Source: Macrostomum lignano (Eukaryota). From it: a DNA stretch of 64,000 bases. Under the pieces are notes generated by a model. That model made no database searches, was not told the origin of the DNA, and saw only the letters and a list, made by a program, of their open reading frames with translations. Location of the stretch: NCBI GenBank assembly GCA_002269645.1, contig NIVC01000493.1, positions 186,001-250,000 of the forward strand, in the 5' to 3' direction. Of this stretch, positions 1-12,973 are shown in pieces; position 1 is the first letter of the stretch; every line of letters starts with the position of its first letter. The translations under genes were made by a program, and so were the position numbers.

Positions 1-160
1 CGAGCTTGTGATGGTGGTTGCTAAACTTTTCGACGATATGCTTTTTCGAGCTTGTGATGGTGGTTGCTAAACTTTTCGACGATGTGAGTTTTCGAGCTTA
101 TGACTTTTCGAGCTTGTGATGGAGCCCTGTTTCGACGATATGATTTTTCGAGCTTGTGAT
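1..160. repeat. Degenerate short tandem repeats (TTTTCGAGCTTGTGATGG / TTTTCGACGAT motifs), truncated by the window edge
   Basis: The motif recurs about 5 times in the first 160 bp. Confidence 0.55.
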
Positions 161-685
161 GGCGACCCGGCCCGCGGACCGGAGTTAGCCGACCTCAGCG
201 GCCTATGGTCCGCTTCCAGTCCACATTGTTTCATAGAAATCCATGGCGGTTTCGGGAGCAGTGGGGGTGGGGCGGGGAAGGGACGGAACTCAGCGAAACG
301 CCCACACAGACCCACGCCTCACAGGCCCGGCCCCCACTCCTCATTCCAATGGAGTCCCCGCGGCACCTCCGGAGTCCGGACTACAGCTGTTGTTTACAGG
401 GACTAAAAATGGAAGGCCAGTAAGTAGAAACGGAATGGCTTCGTCTTCTGCTTTTGCTCAAGCAAAGAAAACGTCAGGGGATTTGACTCCGCTCTCAATA
501 TTTTGGGAGTGTGGGGGGTAATTCCTTTGATATTTCTTTACGACTGCCTGCTAACCGCGGGAACCCCCCCCTCGTACACTTTTAAACAGCGCTGCATTGC
601 TACTCGAATAAGCTGATTTTTTGGCCTTTATATTGCGTTTCTGCAATTGCGAGAAATTGAGAAAAGAATCACATGCATTCATTCT

Positions 686-1840
686 GGGAGGGAGGGCAGG
701 GAAGAGGATGAGAGGGAGGGCAGGGGAGGGGATGAGAGGGAGGGCAGGGAGGGGATGAGAGGGAGGACAGGGGAGGGGATGAGAAGGAGGGCAGGGGAGG
801 GGATGAGAGGGAGGGCAGGGGAGGGGATGAGAAGGAGGGCAGGGGAGGGGATGAGAAGGAGGGCAGGGAAGGGGATGAGAAGGAGGGCAGGGAGGGGATG
901 AGAGGGAGGGCAGGGGAGGGGATGAGAGGGAGGGCAGGGGAGGGGATGAGAGGGAGGGCAGGGGAGGGGATGAGAGGGAGGGCAGGGGAGGGGATGAGAG
1001 GAAGGGTAGGGAAGAGGATGAGAGGGAGGGCAGGGAGGGGATGAGAGGGAGGGCAGGGGAGGGGATGAGAGGGAGGGCAGGGGAGGGGATGAGAGGGAGG
1101 GCAGGGGAGGGGATGAGAGGGAGGGCAGGGGAGGGATGAGAGGGAGGGCAGGGGAGGGGATGAGAGGGAGGGCAGGGGAGGGGATGAGAAGGAGGGCAGG
1201 GGAGGGGATGAGAGGGAGGGCACGAGAGGGGATGAGAGGGAGGGCAGGGGAGGGGATGAGAGGGAGGGCAGGGGAGGGGATGAGAGGGAGGGCAGGGGAG
1301 GGGATGAGAGGGAGGGCAGGGGAGGGATGAGAAGGAGGGCAGGGGAGGGGATGAGAAGGAGGGCAGGGGAGGGGATGAGAAGGAGGGCAGGGGAGGGGAT
1401 GAGAGGAGGAGGACAGGGGAGGGGATGAGAAGGAGGGCAGGGGAGGGGATGAGAAGGAGGGCAGGGGAGGGGATGAGAAGGAGGGCAGGGGAGGGGATGA
1501 GAAGGAGGGCAGGGAAGGGATGAGAAGGAGGGCAGGGGAGGGGATGAGAAGGAGGGCAGGGGAGGGGATGAGAAGGAGGGCAGGGGAGGGGATGAGAAGG
1601 AGGGCAGGGAGGGGATGAGAAGGAGGGCAGGGGAGGGGATGAGAAGGAGGGCAGGGGAGGGGATGAGAGGGAGGGCAGGGGAGGGGATGAGAAGGAGGGC
1701 AGGGGAGGGGATGAGAGGGAGGGCAGGGGAGGGGATGAGAGGGAGGGCAGGGGAGGGGATGAGAAGGAGGGCAGGGGAGGGGATGAGAAGGAGGGCAGGG
1801 GAGGGGATGAGAGGAAGGGTAGGGAAGAGGATGAGAGGGA
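686..1840 (+). repeat. ~24-bp polypurine minisatellite (GAGAGGGAGGGCAGGGGAGGGGAT)n
   Basis: Direct reading shows roughly 45-50 copies. The ORFs across it are low-complexity artefacts. Confidence 0.95.
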
Positions 1841-2451
1841 TCTCAGCACTCCCTTCTCAACTCGATCTATATGCCTCTTCCCTCTCACTCCCCTCCTTCT
1901 CATCCTCTTCCCTACCCTCCCGGCCTCCCTTTCATCCTCTTCCCTACCCTCCCTCTCATCCTCTCTCCTGCCCTCGGAGTGCATAAAAGAGAAAGCAAGC
2001 ATCGCTATTTTGCTTTCTCCTTCTCATGAAGAAGCAGTCTTCTGCTTTCGCACGCGATAGCGGCGGCTTGACAGCCAACAGGAAGCGGGAAGGAATTGTG
2101 CGGCTAAGTTACGAGCGTAAAAAAGAACAAGGAAAAATTTATCATCCCCCTCTCAAGCGCAGTGAGACCGACAAGCTGCGTGTCTCAGCGAGAAGGGCGA
2201 CAGTTGGACTTAAAATGACTTTCTCTGATTGTTGACCCTGCGAGGTTTTGTTCAGTATTGAAGCGGAACTCGTCGTGGCTTCCTACGCCCGCATTGTCTT
2301 CTCCTAAAGCTATCTCTGCGTGCAAAATGAGTGCCGATTGACAGATGAATTCCGACGGTACGAAAAATGAATTTAAGCTTTCAATTTCTATGTAGTTTGA
2401 GCAATACAGACACAATAGGAATATGTGCAGTGCTACGACATAGCAGCGACT

Positions 2452-2815
2452 TTGAGATCACGTGACTAGCAGGCTGCGAGTGTACAGGTCTATTCTGTTC
2501 TGCAGGGGGTGTGGTGTGTGACCTTGAGATCACGTGACTAAATGAAGGCTGCGTCAGGAAATGTCCATTCTGTCCTGCATGGGGTGTGGTGTGTGACCTT
2601 GAGATCACGTGACTAAATGAAGGCCGCGACAGGAAATGTCCATTCTGTCCTGCATGGGTGTGGTGTGTGACCTTGAGATCACGTGACTAAATGAAGGCCG
2701 CGACAGGAAATGTCCATTCTGTCCTGCATGGGTGTGGTGTGACCTTGAGATCACGTGACTAATATAGCAGGTTACGACTTCGTGCTTTATGGGGTGTGTT
2801 TCTCGACCTTGAGAT
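2452..2815 (+). repeat. ~74-bp tandem repeat, 5 copies, each containing ATCACGTGAC
   Basis: TCACGTGA occurs at about 2458, 2530, 2605, 2679 and 2751 (spacing 72-75 bp). Confidence 0.9.
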
Positions 2816-3585
2816 CGCACAAATATTCGGGAAGTGCAATGCCATGCCCAGTGGGGGAGTGCTTGTTTGATTCTGACATTACGTGAATAGGACTTAATCG
2901 TTGATACGAGCTAAAACCATTGCGAATCGTAAATTTTATCCGAAAATACGAAGTATAAAAAGAAAAAACTTACATGCCAATTTGGACGCGCTCTGGAGCT
3001 TAATCTGTTTGCAATTTCAACGCCAGATCCTATTTTTAGAATTATGATGATGAAATTGCGAGAATAGACTAATTATGGAGCGGAGAGTCTGGGACGGTAC
3101 CGGATATGCTGCTCAGTCGGTGTGACTCACCAAGGATAAATCTCTCAGCTCGTTATTATCGACGCTATTATTAGCTTTCAAATTCTGTGGCTATTTCCTA
3201 CTATATGGTGAGTCATGGGCAGATAAAACAGAAGGAAGTCTTCGGTTATTTTAGCACTGAATTCCCAATATCGCAAGTTTATCAAGTAATTTTCTCATGA
3301 AATCATGAAATGCAAATTAATGGAGGCCGGCATGCAGACTAAGTTCAGGCGAAATTTCAGTTGCTCCCGTCTCTTTAGTGCGCTTTGTTTCTAGCACGGA
3401 TTTTCCACAAATGGCGAAATCCCTCATTCAGTGCTTGCGTACTCCCCCATGTACGCTCGTACCAGCCCATGGATTTTTTGGTAGTAGGGGGGGGGGGGGG
3501 GGCCGGGACAAAACCAAGAATTCTACATGTACATGATTGACTAAGTTCCTACACGTGGGCATTATTTTGAGAATTGGTGTTGTTA

Positions 3586-4198
3586 GCACTCATTTTGGCG
3601 CCGCAGGCACTCATTTTGGCGCCGCAGGCACTCATTTTGGCGCCGCAGGCACTCATTTTGGCGCCGCAGGCACTCATTTTGGCACCGCAGGCACTCATTT
3701 TGGCGCTGCAGGCACTCATTTTGGCACCGCAGGCACTCATTTTGGTGCCGCAGGTAGTCATTTTGGCGCCGCAGGCACTCGTTTTGGCACCGCATGCAGT
3801 CATTTTGGCGCCGCAGGCACTCATTTTAGCACCGCAGGCACTCATTTTGGCACCGCAGGCACTCATTTTGGCACCGCAGGCAGTCATTTCGGCGCTGCAG
3901 GCACTCATTTTGGCACCGCAGGCAGTCATTTCGGCGCTGCAGGCAGTCATTTTGGCGCCGTAGGCACTCATTTTGGCACCGCAGGCACTCATTTTGGCGC
4001 CGCAGGAACTCATTTTGGCACCGCAGGCACTCATTTTGGCGCCGCAGGAACTCATTTCGGCGCTGCAGGCACTCATTTTAGCGCCGCAGGCACTCATTTT
4101 GGCGCCGTAGGCAGTCATTTTGGCACCGCAGGCAGTCATTTCGGCGCCGCAGGCACTCATTTTGGCGCCGCAGGCACTCATTTTGGCGCCGCAGGCAC
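3586..4198 (+). repeat. 21-bp minisatellite (GCAGGCACTCATTTTGGCGCC)n, ~29 copies
   Basis: Direct reading; the variants are single substitutions. Confidence 0.95.
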
Positions 4199-5775
4199 TG
4201 TGGTGCCCTGAGACACAATATTGATTTCCACAAAGGGTCAGAAGGTGAGAGATATTATGCATTTATCGATAAAAGCAGGAAAACGCACTCACCTCGCTGA
4301 TGAATTCACGTTTCTGCAAAAAGCGGCGGCCTCCATTATCGGCTGCAGATCAATAGTAAGGGACTCGAACCCGCGACCTACAGTAATAATACAGTATAGG
4401 CGTGGGAAATGATATACAATAACAAACAAACTCATGATTCCGATCCCGATGCCTTGCGCAGTTCAGGCTAAGCGCTTGTTAAACCCCAGCCCCACCTCCC
4501 AGCAAATGAATGACGATTGAAAGTTAAGAGACCAAATGAGTACCGGAAAACTGCATGCGGGTATTACCAATTTCTTGTCGTTAAAGTTAAGTTAAGCCAA
4601 AATTCAATTCCTACGCCGATTCAACGCAATGACTCATGACTAGTTTGAGATCGTAATTGCACGAAGCGATATTGCTACTAAGCTAGCTTAACTACTAGGA
4701 ATCGAGCCTGGTCCACTGCCACAGTCGCTAACCCGTCCCCCAACACTTTGTGCAGTTTTGGGCAACTAAATAGCAGGTAAAACTTGTAAAAAAAGTGCGG
4801 TCAAGTAATCAGACTTGATGTGATGAAGATTTTGGCAACTGCACCCGGATGGTGTGGCGCTGTTGACCATGCAATAAATTGAGTCTTCGCAGTAAGAGAC
4901 CGTCCAACCAAGCCTTCCGGACCGCACCACAGTCATGGACGTATAAAGTTCATTTTATACCCGATTTCTGCTACATTTGCGACATTTTATTGCAGAAGTG
5001 GCAAATTTTTCCGACAAAAAGCGTTTATTTCTACTTACAGTATTTGACGCGAAAAAAAAATATTTTTGTTTTATTAAAAAATTATTTCAGACAAGCATTG
5101 CCAAACCTCAGTCAATGAAGCCTTCAAATAAGTATTTTTCCGGTAACGGAATTTATTCACCGCTAATTAGCAGCAGTTATACAGAATTCATATGCCACAC
5201 AGTGCCAGCACAGCAAAACTTTTGGCTGATTTTTAATCCCTGCAAAACCATGCCCAGTTATGTTATTAACGCAACATATCGGCAAATTATCATATAAAAG
5301 TTTTATTTGGTGCCAGTTCAGTGTTAATAGACGAATTATAAATAATACCGAAAGGAGTAAAACGAGTCACCCTGAGACTGATAAAAACAAAGCATCCATT
5401 CTGAAGGTCAGTAAAAAAGAATTGCATGTTTGTAGCCATTTATCCAATATTTAAGCTTTGGAATGAAAATAGGCTTACGGAGTATAGACTCTGACAGCCG
5501 GGTATATTTCTAAATCAGGAAGTGAATTTTCATATAACAAACATTGCAGCCTAATTGGTTAAGTTGTAATTTTTATGCCACGGAATAAGCAACTGTTTGA
5601 CTCTTGACTTGATTCTAGTATTTATGTACATGTTTAGATATTAGCGACGCATAAAAGCATTATTGCAAGCATTATTTGTGAAAGAAAAATATAGTGGAGT
5701 ATTTTAATTGAGAATTGATGGGTCATTTTTTAAAATTATTTGGAATGTCCACTTAATTGAGGCTTGATCTGACTA

Positions 5776-5985
5776 ACTCTCACCCCGCCTTACATCCACA
5801 TCACTCCGCTTACACCCACCTCACTCCGCTTACACCCACCTCACTCCGCTTACACCCACCTCCCTCCGCCTTACACCCACCTCCCTCCGCCTTACACCCA
5901 CCTCACTCCGCCTTACACCCACCTCCCTCCGCCTTACACCCATCTCCCTCCGCCTTACACCCACCTCACTCCGCCCTACACCTAT
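5776..5985 (+). repeat. 21-bp minisatellite (CCGCCTTACACCCACCTC[A/C]CT)n
   Basis: About 9-10 copies by eye. Confidence 0.85.
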
Positions 5986-6386
5986 CTAACTACCGCAAAA
6001 AACCTTTTGCATTTTTTTCAATCGACGATAAGCAGAAAATTGCTAAGCTTAAGTACAGACTCTGCTTGAAAGACTGCCAGAACAGAGCACAACTAGATTG
6101 ATAATAAACACGTGCAAATTGCTCCGTCGGACCAGCTGAAAAGAAAACTAACGGTTCCGAATTATAATATCGTTTGGTAATTAGAAAAAAATTGATGGCA
6201 ACGCATCAAACTGTGGTAAAAAAACCAAAACATACTCGTAGTTAAATTGTGCCAGTTACACCCCAATCTTTACCAAGACACCCAATCTCTACCAAGACAC
6301 CCCTATCTCTACCCCGAGACATTTAATGTATGACTAGGACGGTCTCAAATAAAAATCAACGGTGTCATTACTAATCACCAGTATTG

Positions 6387-9300
6387 TTAGTTCAGCTTAT
6401 CCTCCTCTGCCGCTATGCCGGCGCTGCCATTGCCGGATGCGGCAGGGCCGTCCCTCAGCCGTGACCGGTGTTCCGGGGACTCCTCCGCAGTCATGAGGTA
6501 GTCATACTTAGCCCCATCGTGCTGCTGGCTGGTGAACAGCGCGTAGATAAAGGCGCTAGCGGCCACGAAGTTAGTGCCATAGCTGACGCTGAGAACGCAT
6601 TTCTGACGCCACAGAGCCGAAACCTGAGTCTCCGACACCAGCACCAGGATGGGCAGGGCCACCAGCCACAGTAGGAAGCCGGCCGCGAACTGCAGCACAT
6701 CGATTCGGCCGAAATCTCGGCCGGGCCGGCCGGGCAGCTCGGCCAGAAACCAGCAGACCAAGGGGAACCGCAGGGCCAGCAGCAGACAGGAGGGCACCGT
6801 GTCGAATACGCCAACATCTTCTACCTGGCTCACCTGGGTTAGGGGAATTTTGGGGCTCGCTGGGATGCGGTGCGCAGGGATTATGAAAATCTCACCCAGG
6901 GTGATAGATGATGTAATGAGAATCTTAGAGACATGGACTGGGCACAAGAATAACAGCTAAAGAGAACCCGGATGAAAGGCATGAGACTCACCCGAGATGG
7001 AAAAAGACATGATTAGAATCTCATTCTTCGATTGAAAAAACATGACAATCTCACCGCGGTGTGGATCAAAATCATGAGAATCTCAAACTGAGACGAATAA
7101 AAAGCTCCGAGAATCTCACCCTGAGACAGAAAAAGGACACGAGAATCTTACCTTGAGATGGATAAAAGACACGACAATCTCACCCTGAGACTGATAAGAA
7201 GCCCCAAGAATTTCCCTTGAGATGGATAGAAGACACGAGAATCTCAGCCTGAGACGGATATAATAAAGTCCGAGAATCTCATCCTGAGACAAAAAAACTT
7301 CGAGAAACTCACATTGAGACGGATAATAGACACGAGAATCTCAGCCTGAGACGGATATAAAGCCCGAGAATCTCATCCTGAGACAAAAAACTTCGAGAAT
7401 CTCATCCTGAGATGGATAAAAGACACGAGAATCTCACCCTGAGACTGATAAGAAGGCCTAAGAATCTCCCCTGAGACGGATAGAAAACACGAGAATCTCA
7501 CCCTGAGACGGATAAAAGACACGAGAATCTCACCCTGAGACGAATAAAAGACATGAGAATCTCAGACAAGACGGAAGACACGAGAATCTCACCCTGAGAC
7601 TGATGAGAAGCCCTAAGAATCTCCACTGAGACGGATAGAAAACACACGAGAATCTCACCCTGAGACGAATAAAAGACATGAGAATCTCAGACGAGACGGA
7701 AAAGACACGAGAATCTCACCCTGAGACGGATAAAAGCCACGAGGATCTCACCCTGAGACGGATAAAAGACATAAGAATCTCACCCTGAGACAGATAAAAG
7801 ACACGAGAATCTCACCCTGAGACAGATAAAAGACATGAGAATCTCAGCCGAGACGGAAAAGACACGAGAATCTCACCCTGAGACGGATAAAAGACACGAG
7901 AATCTCACCCTGAGACAGATAAAAAGCTTCGAGAATTTATGAATTCTCAGAAGTCCAGCCCACTCACCTCGGCCAGAGACCACAGGTAGAAGCCGGCGCT
8001 AACGGTAAGGAACGAGGCCAGCAGGATGCCCGTGCCCAGCGGGTCCGGCCGGCCCTGCAGACCGAGCCTGGCGGCCAGGATCAGCAGCAGGATAAACACG
8101 GCGTCCGCCCATCGACGGAGCAGCTCGCCGGCGGCCCACAGGCCCGAGGCGCCGACGCCGTCGCCGGCAAATTTGGCCAGGTGAACGCAGCAGAGAAAGG
8201 CGCCGGCCACCTTTGATAGGATGGTGGGGATATGTAATTCGATTCGTTAAATTGCCCAACTGCCGACTTGGGATTCTCAAGGATTAGTCACGAGTGTTGG
8301 GAGAATTCCTGGGATAAGTTTTTTAGGGATTAAAAGGATTCCCAAGAGAAGCATCTTTGGGATTCTCGTGATTCCCCATAAAAGTTCCTTTGGAATTACC
8401 TAGAAAAGTTCTTTAGGATTCCCGGGTGTTCTCAGATAATATTCTTCGAGATTCTTGGGATTTCCCAGATAATATTCTTAGGGTTTTCCGGGATTTCCCA
8501 GATAATACTCTATGGGATTCCCCGGATTCCCGAGATAAGTTCCTTTAGGATTACCGAGAAAATTTTCTTTGGGATTCCTCGGATTTCCCAGATTGCATTA
8601 ACTACTATTATAGGGAATTCCCGGGGATTTTCCAGATTATTTAGAGCTCCATGGGGATTCGCAGTTCCGAGTGTTTCAAATTTTGAGAATGCAACAAAAC
8701 TTAGTTGCTAGGTTTATACCAGAAATATTTCATCAAAAATGCTTAGATTGGCTCACCTCCAGCCAGCACTGCGCCGCCACACCCCAGGTGAAGGGCTCCT
8801 GCCGGCGCAGCAGTTTAGCGTGGACGGCCCCGGCCAGGGCGGCGTACAGCATGAGAAACACGCCGTAGATCTCCAGAATGTCGTGCTCGTCAAAGGAGAA
8901 CTGGTGCTCCAGCTTGTTCACATGGCGCTGGCTTGGCGCGCCGTTCACCAGCCAGAGATTGTAGGCGAGCGTCAGGGAGGACGAGCCGGTGTGGGTGGCC
9001 TCCCATTGGCAATTGTCCGGGTTGAGACTGCAGGCTACCAGGCTGAGGTACCTGCGGATGGAAGCACACTGGTGTTATCCCATAGGGAAGATCAATAATT
9101 ATCCCATACGGATATTTTAGAATTTTCGATGTTATTCCAGACATCTGATGGGATATTTTGGGATTAAAATGCTTATCTTGACATCCTATGGGATATTTTG
9201 GGATTAAAATGCTTATCTTGACATCCTATGGGATATTTTGGGATTAAAATGCTTATCTTGACATCCTATGGGATATTTTGGGATTAAAACACCCATCTTG

Positions 9301-11238
9301 ACATCCGATGGGATATTTTGGGATTAAAACACCCATCTTGACATCCGATGGGATATTTTGGGATTAAAACACCCATCTTGACATCCGATGGGATATTTTG
9401 GGATTAAAACACCCATCTTGACATCCGATGGGATATTTTGGGATTAAAACACCCATCTTGACATCCGATGGGATATTTTGGGATTAAAACACCCATCTTG
9501 ACATCCAATGGGATATTTTGGGGTTAAAATGCTACACCTGACACTAATAATGATGCTTCAGAGATATTTCAACACTCAAAGCCATCCCAATCATACCAGT
9601 ATCTGGGCTGCTTCGTGTCCTGTATGGCATAGGTGAGCTGCCAGCCAGGGATCACCCTGGACGGCTCGTCCTCCTCCGGACACAGGCGGCCAGTCGGGCA
9701 GGGCACGGACCGCAAGAAGTCCTCCTTGCCCTGCTGCCTGCATTGCGGATGCCAGGCCAGTCGGTCGATCTTGTTGAACATCCTGCGGCAGGACTCGTCA
9801 TTGTGCGGCTGGCGCGACGAGTTTGTGTACAGGTCCTGGGGAGTGCGCGTTTGGTGCGGCTGTCAGGCGCGATTCTCAAGGCCAGGGTTAGAGAGGTGAT
9901 TGTCTCAGCGATTCTCAAGGGTTAGAGAGGTGATTGTCTCAGCGATTCTCAAGGGTTAGAGAGGTGATTGTCTCAGCGATTCTCAAGGCCAGGGTTAGAG
10001 AGGTGATTGTCTCAGCGATTCTCAAGGGTTAGAGAGGTGATTGTCTCAGCGATTCTCAAGGGTTAGAGAGGTGATTGTCTCAGCGATTCTCAAGGGTTAG
10101 AGAGGTGATTGTCTCAGCGATTCTCAAGGGTTAGAGAGGTGATTGTCTCAGCGATTCTCCAGGGTTAGAGAGGTGATTGTCTCAGCGATTCTCAAGGGTT
10201 AGAGAGGTGATTGTCTCAGCGATTCTCAAGGCCAGGGTTAGAGAGGTGATTGTCTCAGCGATTCTCAAGGCCAGGGTTAGAGAGGTGATTGTCTCAGCGA
10301 TTCTCAAGGCCAGGGTTAGAGAGGTGATTGTCTCAGCGATTCTCAAGGGTTAGAGAGGTGATTGTCTCAGAGATTCTCAAGGGTTAGAGAGGTGATTGTC
10401 TCAGCGATTATCCAGGGTTAGAGAGGTGATTGTCTCAGCGATTCTCAAGGGTTAGAGAGGTGATTGTCTCAGCGATTCTCAAGGGTTAGAGAGGTGATTG
10501 TCTCAGCGATTCTCAAGGGTTAGAGAGGTGATTGTCTCAGCGATTCTCAAGGGTTAGAGAGGTGATTGTCTCAGCGATTATCCAGGGTTAGAGAGGTGAT
10601 TGTCTCAGCGATTCTCAAGGGTTAGAGAGGTGATTGTCTCAGCGATTCTCAAGGGTTAGGGAGGTGACTGTCTCAGCGATTCTCAAGGGTTAGAGAGGTG
10701 ATTGTCTCAGCGATTCTCCAGGGTTAGAGAGGTGATTGTCTTAGCGATTCTCCAGGGCTATAGAGGTGATTGTCTCAGCGATTCTCAAGGGTTAGAGAGG
10801 TGATTGTCTCAGCGATCCTCAAGGCAAGGGTTAGAGGTGATTTCATAATTATTGGAGATTCTTGGAGTTTCAAGCCTTCTAACAATTGTAAAATTTGATT
10901 GAGTAATCTGTAAACTGTATCTGTATGATGTAAAATCAACTGCAACTGTCTATAGAGCATACTTGAAAGTATTCGCTGTCAACCACCACAAGAGTGACGG
11001 GAGCTCTCTGACGGCCAGAACTGGCCTGCCGCTGGCCCGCCAGGGTGACATTGCCATAGACATAGCCACGAGTGGCCGCCATGCTCTCCAATACAGTTTT
11101 CTGTATGCCGAACTTGGCTAGGAACAGGTAGAACCGACTGCTGTCCCATGTACCGCGGATGTGCAGTGCATTGACTGCAGGCGATACTGATAGCAGCAGA
11201 CTGGCAATGCAGCTCAGTGCCACAATGCGAACTGACAT
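6387..11238 (-). CDS. GPR180/TMEM145-family (GpcrRhopsn4-type) multi-pass membrane protein, ~499 aa; exons 11238-10963, 9835-9597, 9051-8757, 8210-7968, 6833-6387
   Basis: Exons join with GT-AG sites in consistent phase (1500 nt). There is a signal peptide (MSVRIVALSCIASLLLSVSPAVNA). Family-like motifs are DFLRSVPCP..LCPEED, QPRYWYLSLVAC, WLVNG..EHQFSFDEHD, HLAKFAGDGVG and WRQKCV, followed by several hydrophobic helices. Family assigned from remembered motifs. Confidence 0.85.
6960..7930 (+). repeat. Degenerate ~32-bp intronic minisatellite (GAGAATCTCACCCTGAGACGGATAAAAGACAC)
   Basis: Fills intron 4 of the GPR180/TMEM145-like gene. Confidence 0.85.
8270..8670. repeat. Highly degenerate GGGATT(T)CCC-rich intronic repeat
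   Basis: Recurring GGGATT/TTCCCAGATAA motifs fill intron 3. Confidence 0.55.
9127..9540 (+). repeat. ~40-bp intronic minisatellite (TGGGATATTTTGGGATTAAAACACCCATCTTGACATCCGA), ~10 copies
   Basis: Fills intron 2. Two unit variants occur in blocks (ATGCTTATC first, then ACACCCATC). Confidence 0.9.
9868..10835 (+). repeat. ~34/39-bp intronic minisatellite (GAGAGGTGATTGTCTCAGCGATTCTCAAGGGTTA), ~27 copies
   Basis: Fills most of intron 1. Confidence 0.95.
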
Positions 11239-12020
11239 TTTTGACAGTGATTGACACTGCTGCCAGCTTGCAGATGAAACCATTTTTGTTGATGATTAAT
11301 TAATTCTTGGTTTAATTCGTCTAAAATATTGACAGTAGATTTTGCAATTTAGGGTTTAAACTTGCAATACACCAATGTTTTTTCACTGATCTTTTTTTGG
11401 TACTTTTTTAAATAGGCCCCCTTGTGCACATGCTTGGCTATTTAGTTCCTTCCTATCTATTTGCCTTCTCTGCAAAACTTTAACTTTTATTTGATACGAG
11501 CTATTTCATGACCCTATAGTCTAGATAAAATAAATTTGGTCGACATAACTATATGTACTTTTTGAGGGCATTGAATCCAAGAGTTCATATAGCAATCCCT
11601 TATCCAAAACCAAAACTCCAAAACTATACTTATGAATACTTTTAAAAGATCTACTCTTAGCATTACTACTAGACGGCTAAACTGCTAGGGATAATTACCT
11701 AATAGACTTATGTACAACATATTTAAGGCAATGGGGTTTGGTCCAAGATTATTTTTGGCTAATTGAATATTTGTTGCTAGATATATTTAGATATGAGTTT
11801 TACATAGTCTATCTAAGAGATTCATCTACCTAAACTTCAAGAAGTCCAATTTGATATACTTTGCTATTCATTTTTAAATGTTTTTTCAAAACTAATTTTT
11901 ATCAAAACATATCAGCTAGTAAGAACACTTGATCATTCAAATGTTTTGATAAACTCTGACAAAAATGTTTTAATTAAATGATTAGCATTTAGGATAAAAA
12001 AAGGATATTTAGGATACCAT

Positions 12021-12282
12021 AATAGATAGAACAAAGTTGCAAAAAGAAATATATATCAAACTTCTAGTTCTATCTTTTTCACATAGCTACTTATGAATTG
12101 TAAAACAACTGAACACATAGCAGAGCATAAACTATACTGACAGTTGTTTGGTGATAAAAAATGACCATCAGCATAGTTTATGTTCTGACTATGTGTTCAG
12201 TTGTTTTACAATTCATAAGCAGCTATGTGAAAAAGATAAAACTAGAAGTTAAACAGATTTTTGCAGCTTTGTTCTATCTATT
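12021..12282. repeat. Long inverted repeat (foldback/MITE-like), arms ~115-120 bp, loop ~27 bp
   Basis: The left arm (AATAGATAGAACAAAG...CATAAACTATACTGA) matches the reverse complement of 12168-12282, with a few transitions and small indels. Confidence 0.85.
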
Positions 12283-12973
12283 TTAGTTCAAAAGTTACAA
12301 GTGCTTGAAGTTTAAAAATATGATAGGACCCTCTTGTGGACCTAATTGTACTTTGTCCAAGCTGACTATACTATAGGCATATTTCAATTGCTAACAATTG
12401 ATATTCAATTGTTGATAGTAGCATCTTATTGTAATCCAAAAAGCAAAAATTTTGTTTGACAAATTTTGTGTAGCAGACAGGTAGCAAATAGACAAATAGA
12501 TAGATAGAGACAGGCAGCAGACAAGCAAGCAGATAGGTAAACAGAAGATAGGCAAGTAGGCAAATAAGTAGATAGACTATTTTCCTAAATGCTAATTTTT
12601 TTGTTTGGATTAGAACTTTTGATATATCTTTTTATGTGTATTCATTATTAATTGGGGACATTATTGACATCCTTAATGTCTAGCAAGCCTATTTTTAGCA
12701 TATGCAAGAACAAAAAGGTCAAAAAATGTCTTTGCTTTGAATGGCTATACATTTTTAAATATTTAAAAAATAGTAATATTCTTATATTCATTGAAAAATA
12801 GACAAATAGATATTTCAAATGACACATAGTTTACATATTTAGTACTTATATACAATTACAAAGATATAGACTGTCAAAAATTGTTTATTTTTGTACATTT
12901 TAAAAACTCTGCCAAATTTGCTTGAAAATATGGGGTCAAAAGGATTTTTTAGTGAATGAGTATATAACTGCTA

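Noticed and set aside
551-2002. 483-aa Pro/Ser-rich ORF
   Set aside because: Translation of the polypurine minisatellite; the frame wanders with unit-length variants.
3537-4262. Long ORFs in several frames (HFGAAGT, MSACGAK, ILAPQAL)
   Set aside because: A 21-bp unit without stops is open by construction. There are no flanking exons or non-repeat coding sequence.
4360-4379. tRNA T-arm/B-box-like GGTTCGAGTCCC on the minus strand
   Set aside because: No D-arm, anticodon arm or acceptor stem; at most a SINE scrap.
7595-7625. CTGATGAG hammerhead-core word
   Set aside because: It is a variant unit within a minisatellite, with no flanking stems or correctly placed GAAA.
9127-10835. CRISPR-like regularly spaced repeats
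   Set aside because: The units are contiguous with no unique spacers, lie inside spliceosomal introns, and no cas genes are present.
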